Assembly (NCBI RefSeq): GCF_000143415.4
Contig: NW_003314290.1
Span: 1,726,454 to 1,790,453, forward strand
DNA from: Selaginella moellendorffii
Taxonomy: Eukaryota; Plantae; Lycopodiophyta
Direction: 5' to 3'
DNA: 64,000 nucleotides
Positions within the stretch are counted from its first letter, which is position 1. Each line of letters begins with the position of its first letter. Under the pieces are notes generated by a model. That model was not told where the DNA came from. It did no database searches and saw nothing but the letters and a program-made list of their open reading frames with translations. Below are positions 43,653 to 53,798 of the stretch, piece after piece. The position numbers and the translations under genes are program-made.

Positions 43653-45491
43653 ATGGATCGTCGCACCACTTTCTTCGCGCTCGCGATGATCTTGATCTCT
43701 TCACTCGCCGGCGCCACCGCACAACAGTTCTCCTCCTCCTGCGGCACGAGATGCGACTCTACGCGCGATTGTTCTGGCGGCCTCGTTTGCAATCCTATTA
43801 GCAAGACCTGCGATGGCGATCCATCAGCTAGCACTCTTTCCTGCCCAATTCTCGGCTGCGAGCCCGCCCAGACCTTCGTCTACTCGAATGCCACCGCCCA
43901 CAACCCAGCACTTTGCTTCGACAACACCACCTACCAGTTCTTCAATTGCTCGCCGCAAGAACAGCCTCGCAATTTCGCGGCATTCTACTTCATCGAGCTG
44001 GAGGAGTCCCCTACGAGTTGCAATCGCTCGACGCCGCCAAGGAATTCGGAGCTCCTGGCGTCCATGTCCACGGGGTGGTTCGCCAATGGATCGTCGTGCC
44101 ACAGAGAGATCGTGATCACGGCGGAGAATGGGCTGAGCGTGACGGCGACAGTGATCGACCAGTGTGGATCGAACATCGGGTGTACCGCAGACACTGGATT
44201 CTATGGGCCGTGCTCGCCCAGATCGCTGGGAGGGACGAGAGCGGTGTGGGAAGCGCTGGGGCAGACCTACTTTGATAATGTGTTGGCGGTCACTTGGAGC
44301 TGGAAGGGCGAGGATTCCAACCTGAGAGATCGCAATATCGCCATTGCCGTGGTTTCCAGTGGAGCGATCGTCGTCTTGGCGCTCCTAGGGCTAGTGTGGT
44401 GGAAGTTCTTGCGACGCTCATCCAATGCTGCCGTGAGGGAGCGGCCGCTCGATCTCGGCAACCTCGCGGATTTGCCACGGCAATTCAAGTACCAGGAGGT
44501 GTATCGAGCGACCAAGGGATTCCAGAGCAAGGTGGGACAAGGAGGATTTGCGAGTGTGTTCAAGGGAACGTTGCCCGGCGGGGAGATTGTGGCAGTCAAG
44601 AGGATCGGAGGTGGAGTGCGGCAGAGGGACAAGCAATTCAAGGCGGAGGTGATGTCGATTGGCAGCATCCATCACCTCAATCTGGTCAAGCTGGTTGGAT
44701 TTTGCCTGCATTCTCCACACAACTTGCTCGTCTACGAGTTCCTCCCGAATGGCTCGCTAGATGGATGGATTTTCGCCAAGGAGAAATGCCTGTCCTGGGG
44801 ATCCAGGCTCTCCATCGCGCTCGACGTTGCCCGGGGGCTCGCCTATCTCCACGAAGGATGCCGCGAGAAGGTACTCCATCTAGACATCAAGCCCCAGAAC
44901 ATCCTCCTGGACGAGAAGATGGGCGCCAAGATCGCCGACTTTGGGTTCTCCAAGCTCATCGACAAGGACGAGAGTCACGTCGTGACGGTCATGCGAGGCA
45001 CGGTGGGATACATGGCTCCCGAGTGGCTCCACTCTCGAGTCACGGAGAAGACTGACGTCTATAGCTTTGGGGTCGTCCTTCTCGAGCTCGTTTGCGGCAT
45101 GAAGGCCGTGGAGTGTTCCTCGGGCTCGGGCTCACAGATGGACGTCGTGTTCCTCGGACAAACCGCTTTCAACAAGCTGGACAGTGGAAACTCGATGGAC
45201 TTGGTGGACGATCGGCTGCTCAAAGCCGAGGATGGTGGTGGTTTCTCCTTGACTGGCTTTGAGAACATCCTCCGGATCGGGTTATGGTGTACGCAGGAGG
45301 ATCCCTTGCAGCGACCAACGATGTCTGTGGTGGTGAAGATGCTCGAGGGTGCCATGGATGTGTTGGCATTCCCTCAGCTGGAGAGACCCGCTGCACAGGC
45401 TTCTCCACTCCTGGCGAGCTCGGGGCAATTCTCCATCTCGGTCTCAGGAAGAGATCGTCTCAACTCTCGGATGGAGCTCGATAAAAGCTAG
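43653..45491 (+). CDS. Kissper-kiwellin-ectodomain receptor-like kinase B (612 aa, intronless, non-RD)
   Basis: Signal peptide; kissper-like C-x3-C-x5-C-x5-C-x6-C-x10-C; kiwellin core FNCSP, ASMSTGWFANGSSCHREIVITAENGLSVTATVIDQCGS..GC..PC..AVWEALG..VTWS; TM; kinase VAVKR, HLDIKPQN, DFG, GTVGYMAPEWL. Confidence 0.93.
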   Translation: MDRRTTFFALAMILISSLAGATAQQFSSSCGTRCDSTRDCSGGLVCNPISKTCDGDPSASTLSCPILGCEPAQTFVYSNATAHNPALCFDNTTYQFFNCSPQEQPRNFAAFYFIELEESPTSCNRSTPPRNSELLASMSTGWFANGSSCHREIVITAENGLSVTATVIDQCGSNIGCTADTGFYGPCSPRSLGGTRAVWEALGQTYFDNVLAVTWSWKGEDSNLRDRNIAIAVVSSGAIVVLALLGLVWWKFLRRSSNAAVRERPLDLGNLADLPRQFKYQEVYRATKGFQSKVGQGGFASVFKGTLPGGEIVAVKRIGGGVRQRDKQFKAEVMSIGSIHHLNLVKLVGFCLHSPHNLLVYEFLPNGSLDGWIFAKEKCLSWGSRLSIALDVARGLAYLHEGCREKVLHLDIKPQNILLDEKMGAKIADFGFSKLIDKDESHVVTVMRGTVGYMAPEWLHSRVTEKTDVYSFGVVLLELVCGMKAVECSSGSGSQMDVVFLGQTAFNKLDSGNSMDLVDDRLLKAEDGGGFSLTGFENILRIGLWCTQEDPLQRPTMSVVVKMLEGAMDVLAFPQLERPAAQASPLLASSGQFSISVSGRDRLNSRMELDKS

Positions 45492-45604
45492 CGTGTCAGC
45501 TTTCGAGTGTTTGGCCTGGATGAATGGAGTGTTTTGCTTTCCTGCTAGAATTCTTTGACCTTCGCTCGCGTGATCTTTCTCTTCTCTACTTTCTTTATTC
45601 TTGG

Positions 45605-46747
45605 CTAGTTAATGGAGCCACAGTTATATCGGATCTCTCCTCCAGGTTTGTTCACTTCCAGCAGGCTCATCTTGAGCATCGCGGCTGCAAACTTCTGGAA
45701 GAAGATCTCTGTGTTGTTAGCGAACTGGACAACAGTAGCTCTCGTGATGGGATCATTCACCAGCGTCTGGTCCGATGTAAATATACTTTTGCTTCGAAGG
45801 ATGTCCCTGTAGTAGACTGTGTTCACCTTGGAAGTGGAAGGCTCCGACTCCATGGGAACCGTGTCATCGCTTGTGGCTGACTGGGGGCATTTTGCCTTGA
45901 GCTCTCTCGCATATGTTGGATCCAGTGATGGATCCTGGTCACCATTTCCCGTGAAGTTGTACAAGCGATCCTTGAACGAGGAGCAATGCGATTCTCCAAT
46001 GGTGTGAGCTCCTACAAAAGAAGGTTTTTCTCAAGAGTTAATCGGAGTTTTCGTGACAAGTTTTACCTGAGAGAGTTGCGAGCTCTTCGAGAGTGAAGTT
46101 CTTGGCTGCAAAGTTGGCCTTAAGCTCGCTGACGTTCATTGTTGGCAAGGGCAAAAATTGTGTAGCTCTCGAAGCTTTAGAGACTCGACCGTCTAGTCGT
46201 CCGCCTGGGAGAGCATAAAAAGGCCCTCCATCCTAGCACAAAGAAGAAAAGTAAACTTTGGAGTGATTTAAAAAATTTTCTTACCAGCCGGACTCCATCG
46301 CGAGCTGCAAACTGGATGATATCAGCACACGAGACTGTGTTTGGGCACAAGATCTCGAGCTGAAACTTTGCAGCGTCTATCAACTCAAAGCCCTCCAGAA
46401 ACTTATTCACGGACGCATTCATCTCGGCTAGATTTCCCGGCGTGGACTTTATCAAAGCTGAAGCATCGCATCCCTGTCAATGAAAGAGTTCACAATCACT
46501 ATCAAACCCGACTTGAATGAATTACCTCTACAAAAGCGTCGTGGAAAGCCAATCGAGTAACGTCCGAGGTGATACCGGCATGCAGCTGCTTAGCAATAAC
46601 CATGGTTTGATAGATAACTTGCTCGGCTAGCGGACAGCTCTTGGAGTAATAGTTGTACGCCATACCCGCCGGAAGAGTGTCTTCCGAAAAGAAAAGTCTA
46701 AAACCAAACGCCAGGAAGAACACTAAAACCAAACAGCCATACGTCAT
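45605..46747 (-). CDS. Class III secretory peroxidase (4 exons)
   Basis: YYSKSCP, RLAFHDAFVE|GCDAS, VSCADII, GRLDG, LS|GAHTIG, DPSLDPTYA, FTSDQTL, FAAAMLKM, GEIRYNC. Three introns at the canonical peroxidase positions. Confidence 0.93.
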
Positions 46748-46762
46748 TTGTGGCAAACTACT

Positions 46763-46978
46763 TGGTTATCAGCTTCACAAAAAGCCTTTAAATTAGAAAA
46801 TCATATTAAATCAGCCACAAGACCGTCATTTTATGGTTATCGGCTTCACAAAAAGTCTTTAAATTAGAAAATCATATTAAATCAGCCACAAGACCGAACT
46901 ATAAGAATCATTTTATGGTTATCAGCTTCACAAAAAGTCTTTAAATTAGAAAATCATATTAAATCAGCCACAAGACCG
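46763..46978. repeat. Three tandem copies of a 60-80 bp unit immediately upstream of the peroxidase start
   Basis: ggttatcagcttcacaaaaag.ctttaaattagaaaatcatattaaatcagccacaagaccg occurs three times. Confidence 0.9.
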
Positions 46979-47373
46979 ACTGACTGTAGCTAGGTGCAAC
47001 TATATGAATCAATGTTGTAAGCATGACTTACGCCATAAGACTTTCAGAAAACAATGATTGATGTGAAGCAAGGAAATCGAGTAGTACACATGATGCTTTG
47101 GAGGGACACAGTACAAGTTGAAACTTTCAGAACAATCAGTGGTGTCAAGCAAACGAATCAAGTAAAAGCTTCCTACCAGACTTTCACGCTTTCCGGATGC
47201 TTCGGAGGAACATTTGCTAGCCTGATATCTAGAAAAACCGAGCAAACAAGAATGAGAACCCGTAAACTCTAGCTTGATCAGTATAGACTATATAAACAAA
47301 AAAAAAAAGTTCCCTACCATACTTTCTCCACGTTTAAAATCGACTCGATCATCTTGTCAATGCCGAAACAAGG

Positions 47374-47773
47374 TCACACAAAGAGCTCTTGGAATTCTCC
47401 ATTTGCCATCTGACAGAGCTGGTTGTAGATCGACATATCTAGCAAAAGAGAAGACAAAAAGAATCGAATGAGGAATCCGCAAAGAGAAAGAAATGTGGGT
47501 ACCAAAACCGCCTCCAAAGCTCGTGCACGTCTCCGCCCGGATGCTCCTATCGCCCTCCGCAACGCCGATCACCTCCACGAACTCGGTGAGCGCTCCCACA
47601 GGAGGCGCCCCCATTTGCTTGACAGTCACCTGGACATTGTCCGCCGTCTGCCCGACGATCACACTGCCCCCGGCTTCCATCCTCGACACCCTGATCACGC
47701 AGCGCACTCGCCGCCCAGGGTAGCGCCTCAGCAGCTCGCCATTCACCATGGGGCACGGCGACGATGTGTCCAT
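47374..47773 (-). CDS. RPA3: Replication protein A 14 kDa subunit (2 exons)
   Basis: MDTSSPCPMVNGELLRRYPGRRVR..FVEVIG..TSFGGGF|DMSIYNQLCQMANGEFQELFV. Confidence 0.9.
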
Positions 47774-47943
47774 GCCTCCAACGCTAGAACCCTAAAATGT
47801 GAGCAAGAGCCCTAAAAAATAGAAAAAGAGAAAAATTTGCCCCCAGCTGGCTGTGGAGCCGGGAGCCGGGACAAGGCCGGCAGCTCGGGAGATTTTAGGG
47901 ATCGATCGACCGATGAGCGGGGGATAGATAGCCGGCGCGCGGA

Positions 47944-50900
47944 ATGGGAATCATCTCGAGGCGCGTGCTGCCGCTGTGTGGGCATTTGTGCGTGTGCTGC
48001 CCCGGTTTGAGGGCTAGATCGCGGCAGCCGGTCAAGCGCTACAAGAAGCTCCTCTCTGATCTCTTTCCCAAGTCCCAGGTGAGTTTCTTCTTCTGGATTT
48101 CCCAGCTCTGGTGATAGAATTTTCTTTTTCTTTCGCTCACAGGCCGAGCAACCGAATGATAGGAAGATCTCGAAGCTAACGGACTACGCTGTGAAAAATC
48201 CCTTCCGGATACCAAAGGTTTGGGGGAATTCTTCTCTTTTATCTGTAGCTCATTTTCCTTTGCGAATAGATTGCCAAGAACTTGGAGCTTCGAGGCTACA
48301 AGGAGCTGCGACACGAGCACCATGGATCGGTCAGGGTTATCATGCGCACATTTTTTAAGCTCTTCTCGACGTGCAAAGATCAAATGTGAGCAGCGAGAGA
48401 GTATCTTTGTGTCAGCTACTAACATGTCAGATGCGCAGGCCTCTACTGGCCGTCAGTGCCTTAAACATGATTCATGTGCTACTGGAGCAACAAAATGATG
48501 AAATGCGTGTTCTTGGATGCGTCACAGTCGTGGAATTTATTTACCAACAGGTAGCAAGCGCAGATCTTTTCGTTTTGATGGCGTTCTTAAAGGCTTGGAA
48601 CAGGTTGATACCACGTATATGCACAACCTGGATAGTTTTATACCGAAGTTTTGCGCTCTTGCCCGAGAAACTGGACCCGAGCCGAAGCGAAGTATCTTAC
48701 GAGCTGCAGGACTGCAAGCTCTTTCCGCGATGGTAAGAGATTTCTGGCTGTGGTCTATCCTGTGTCCTATGATTTATATCTTGTCTACTTCCAGTTATGG
48801 TTTATGGGGGAGTTTTCTCACATGCCCTCCGATTTTGATGAGGTGAGGTCTATTTTGTGCTTTAAGATCTTGTGTTTTGACGTCAAACGTGCAGATCGTG
48901 CGTGCTGTTTTGATGAACTATGAAGCGACTGTGACCGCAGTAGAAACCGAAGGCGGTGAAAGGGAGCCGGCACAAAATCTTGTGAAGGGGTTCCTGAAAG
49001 GAAGTGTTATGCGTGATGCACTGGCGCGAATGTCCTTCAACATGGAAAGTATTCGCATCAAGTATCCCAGAAACCTCACCAAGTATGTATCGATCGTTCT
49101 TGAGTTTGTTTCTGATCATCTTTTTGTCTGTTGCCAGAGAAGAATCTGAAACGCCTAAGGTGTGGTCGCAGATCTGTGTCCAGAATATGGCATGCTTAGG
49201 CAAGGAGACAACAACTATACGCTGCGTTTTGGACGCTGCCTTCAACTATTTCGACTCAGAGAAATCATGGTCGCTAGAATCTGGAATCGCTCTCCCCGTT
49301 CTTCGCGATATGGTGTTTCTAATGGAGAAAACAGGTGAAATCTTTTTCAGCATCAAAGAAAAGGTTTCTTATGCTTGAGCTCTCTTTGCAGGTAACGATC
49401 ATCTTGTTCTTGGCGCGCTAGTGAGACACCTAGACCATAAAAATGTTGCGAATGAGCTGCCAGTGAAGACCGAGATTGTCAGGGTCACAACAGTCCTAGC
49501 ACGGCATTCGAAACCCAAGAGCAAGCATTCGGAAGTCGGTATCATCAACGATCTGTCACGCCATCTTCGTAGAAGTTTGCAACTCTCTTTGGAAATGTCT
49601 AGTGGTGTCAACATGGAGCACTTGAACGACTGTCTTCAAGCAATCGAGCGATGTTTGATAGAGCTAGCACGGAGGGTAAATTTTAAGTGCTCTATTTCAG
49701 CTGATGTTTAACGTCGTGTGATTAGATCGGCGAAGCAACTCCTATCCTGGAACAAATGGCCGTTATTCTGGAAAAGCTTTCGTCCAAGAATACAGTTGCC
49801 AGAACGACTATCGAAGCAGTGGCCGTCCTTGCACATATTGTTGTATCACTTCCAAATGAAGATCTGCACATAAAGGTACCATTTTTGCACCTAAAAGGCC
49901 AGGAATTTCATGCTGTAATTGCAGGCATTTCCAGAGGCGTTGCTTTACCAGCTTTTGCGAGCAATGGTACACCCCGACGTCGAAACTCGTTTGGGTTGCC
50001 ACCATATTTTCTTTGTTTTGTTGATACCTCCTTCAGGGGGAGATGCGGTTCTCGTTAAGAGCGACGTGAAAGTTCTATTCCGGACACCTTCTAGTGCAGC
50101 ATCTTCTCTATTTGAGAAAGTTATGAAAGACAAGCAAAAGAGCGTCGAAAACATTGACGAGTTCAAGGACGCTGAAGAATCTCTCGCCGTGAAGGACACA
50201 TCCGCCAAAGAAGTTGTATGTATGTTCTTCAAGCTGTGATGATTGGACTTACAATCTTATTTGCAGGAGATGACGCCTGCCAGGTTAAGCGGATATCAAG
50301 CATCGCTACTTCTTTCGAGCTTATTAATTCAGGCTACAATGGCCGACAATGTGCCCGTCATCTTTGAGGCGCTTGGCCATACTTTTAGCTTAACGCTGCT
50401 TTTTTCTCGACCCAAGGTAAATTCTTGATCGTGCGAAGGTCTTTGTTTCTCATCTTATGGTTTTCAGACTTCCAGCAATAACACTTGCATACGAGCTTTT
50501 CAGCTTGCTCTGACTCTGCGAACTCTTGCTTTAGATCCCAGCGGTATGTCATAACGTCGGGATTACTTGCAATGTACTTATCTTTCTTTACAGCTGTGAA
50601 AAGCTCGTGCCAGCGCCGGTCGCTGTTCACACTTTCGACTGTCATGCTTATCGTTGCTGCCACAATTTACGATGTTCCCCATATCATACCCCTTGTCAAG
50701 GCTAACCTTACAGCTGAAACGGTATTGTTGACGTTGGCTGCTTTACTTTATTGACGCATTTTTCCAGAGGGATCCGTTCCTGGAAGTTACGGAGGACAAC
50801 AAGCTTAAGCTTTGTTCCGGTGCGAATTTTAAGAACTACGGCTCTATAGATGAAGAAAGATCGGCTGCAGCTGCCATGTCACAGATTTCCATTGCATCCG

Positions 50901-51768
50901 ATGCTTCAAACGAGAGCATTGCTTCCATGATAGTCAAGCTCGCACCACCACACCTTGAGGTACATTTTTTTCTGCATATAACGATTTTTCCTTCTGGCTT
51001 TTGACTCCACGTACTACAACTAGATGAGTGGACCTGAGCAGTTGCTCCAAAAGTTTACTCCAGACGACACACTTGTTTTGGGCTCGAAGATACACTTGGA
51101 AGCTTTCAACGGTCACATGGGCATGGAGTCTATGTCTTTTGACGACGTGAGGATAAAACAAGTAGTTTGTATTCAATGTCTTACTTTTCGCTGTGTAGGT
51201 TGTACCCTCGGCTGATGAGGATGCTTTGAGTCCAATGGCTTCTATTGGTCTTCCTCCACTACTGGCTGATGTCCCGGTTCCTCCCCCAGCTGCTATGGGC
51301 GTAAATCAGCTTCTAGAATCGGTAAGACGCTCACTTTCCTGCGTGCTCAAGCAAAGGCAATGTGTTTACAGGCACTGGAAGCTGCCGGCCAAGTCGCCAG
51401 CATCACAACCCCGAACTCTCCGGTTTCTTATCATGCTCTTGCAAGCCAGTGCGAGGCCTTCGTTGCGGGAACGAGGAAGAACATGTCAATCGTGATGAGG
51501 CTTGATAGCAATCTGAAACCGAGCACGCCATCAGCGGACGTAAGTTTTCGCAAGGCTTTTGAGTTTTTATCAATCGCTTACGCTCCCTTGTTTCCAAAAG
51601 GCCAAGGGAAAGTGGACGCAGGCTATCGGCTCCAGGAGCAAGAGCTTGAACGAGAGCCCCGTCTTTAGCCCTCCGTGGTTAACACCATCGGCTGACGAGA
51701 CATGGCCGCTGGTAAAGCTCCCACCCGCGAGCCCCTACGACAATTTCCTCAAGGCTGCCGGCTGCTAA
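47944..51768 (+). CDS. EFR3-like / SEMI-ROLLED LEAF 2-like ARM-repeat protein, many short introns
   Basis: MGIISRRVLPLCGHLCVCCPGLRARSRQPVKRYKKLL, AFPEALLYQLLRAMVHPDVETR, and C-terminal LPPASPYDNFLKAAGC. Confidence 0.92.
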
Positions 51769-53798
51769 ACTGCGACGGTTTGGTGTAAATAGCTCGGTAT
51801 GTTATACTGTTTTTTCGTGTTTCTAACTGCGGGACATTTAAAAGGTTGAGAATGTTCGAAGGTGCTGCAAGTGTCGGCGTCCTTCATACTCAAAAGTATT
51901 AAGCATCTGATGTCAGAGTGCATAAGTAAGTGCCTAGAGCCATCGCAATCAGCCACTAAGTTGCTTGCAACTGGCGAGAACATTGCGGGGACACGGTAAG
52001 TAATTTCGTTTAGAACAAATGAAAGTTTTGCTTTCTTCTTCGTTTGTCACTCTGGCTTTTTGCTCTTTGTAACAGCAGGTCGCCTAACAATCCATCACGC
52101 CGTGTGTTGAGAAGAGTTAACAAAGAGAGAAGAAAGCACAAGCAAAACAAAGCACAGATGTATGAGAGTTTGTCTCGACGGAGTTTGTTCGCTCTTGAAG
52201 AGTTGAAAGCACGCAGCGTTTGGCGGGGAAAGAGCGAACAAAAGGAGGAAGAAAAGTTGGCGATGGCGATGGCGACTCTATCGTCTAGGGAGGTGTTTAA
52301 GGCTGGGGATTAGGTGCTTGGCCATTTTTTCTCTCCTCTCCTCCGACTGTATGGTGAAAGAATGTGACCCACTGTTTCTATCTCGCCACCGGCGGTAAAT
52401 CTGGAGCGGTAACAAAAAAAAAGTGAGAAAAATTTGACAGCGGAGTTTCAAAGGGAACTTCAGAAGAGCTGCATTTTTCAGAGAGATCCTCATGTATCTC
52501 TGCATGCATGCAGCAGCAACAACACCACCACAAAGAAATCTGTTAAGTGTGTGAGTATGTGTGATAAATATTTAGATGGTGATTGTTTTGCTTTGCTTTT
52601 GGAGGGTGTGGTCGTGACATCATTCAATTGCCCACCTTGTGGAATGCCCTAAATTGAATGCATGTGTGTTCTTTAAAACAGATCTTAGCAGATCACCAAG
52701 GATGTTCCTCCTATTATTCTCACCTAACAAGTTTCTGGGTGGTGGGGAATTCTGGGAGACATATGCCCGGTCTCATTCATCCAGACCCCCCACTAAAAAC
52801 ACATTAACCAAAGAAAGTGTTGTTTTACTTTTTTTTTCTTTCACCTTACACTGTTTCTAAGCTATCTAATTATTGACTTGATAGAAAATAAAATATATTT
52901 TCTATTTATATTATTATTTGGTATTATTAAAATTATCACTATTATGATCAAGGAAAAAACAAGCTGTATTGTCACAAAGTGTAGCCGTATCTATGGAAAT
53001 CTTACCCAACTGTGGTGACAACACACGCATAAGTTTCAAGCCCCAACTCCATCTCTCTCACTCTCTCTCTCTCTTCTCAAATCTTTAAAATACTTGCTCG
53101 ATCCGTGACAAGTTTTCGTAAGCACACGAGTGAGGAATAAGGTGGCGGATTTGTTGTGTTGTCGTGGATTCTATGCCCTCTTTCTTCTTAGGTAGAGGAT
53201 TCCGCGTCTTAGTTTAGCTTAGGGAAGATAGGCCAGAGCTTACACACATATTATAGGATTAAAGATTTAACAATTTGTATGGTTGTGGCAATGTGATTCA
53301 TAAGCACAAGTAGATGGGCACTACCAAACAAGGAGCCAAATCTTGTTTGTTAGCTGTGCCCAACTGTTTGGTTTTGTGTGGTGGCGGCCAAAGATGGGTC
53401 ACACTCATTCCATTATCACTGTTCCTTATTAGCGGTAAGTAACGTTGGCATTAACAACAATTAACTCGGAGATCCATTCCCCTCGTCTTGTTCTTCCTTC
53501 TCTTTTTCTTCCATCCCAGGTTTTCATTTTAATTGACGAGTCTTTAAAGAGAGGATTTCATGTCTTTCTTAGCAAGGACAGGACTGCTACGAGAGCGCTG
53601 ATCTTTTTAATCTATGCTGCGATCTCTCCTTCAAAAGAATATATAGTTTGGAGAGGAGGATGTCCACAAGGGCGGCAATTCGCAACAGTGGCCAAGAGCT
53701 GGAAAATTCGTGATTGGAAGCGCAAAAAAACTCCACGAATTTCCAGAGCAGTAGAAGGAGAAGGAGAAAGAGATCGGCTACTAGCTCGATCGATTCGA

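Noticed and set aside
41454-45491. Calling the RLKs G-type lectin S-domain kinases
   Set aside because: The kinases resemble that clade, but the ectodomains are only about 200 aa with kiwellin motifs and no B-lectin, S-locus or PAN signatures.
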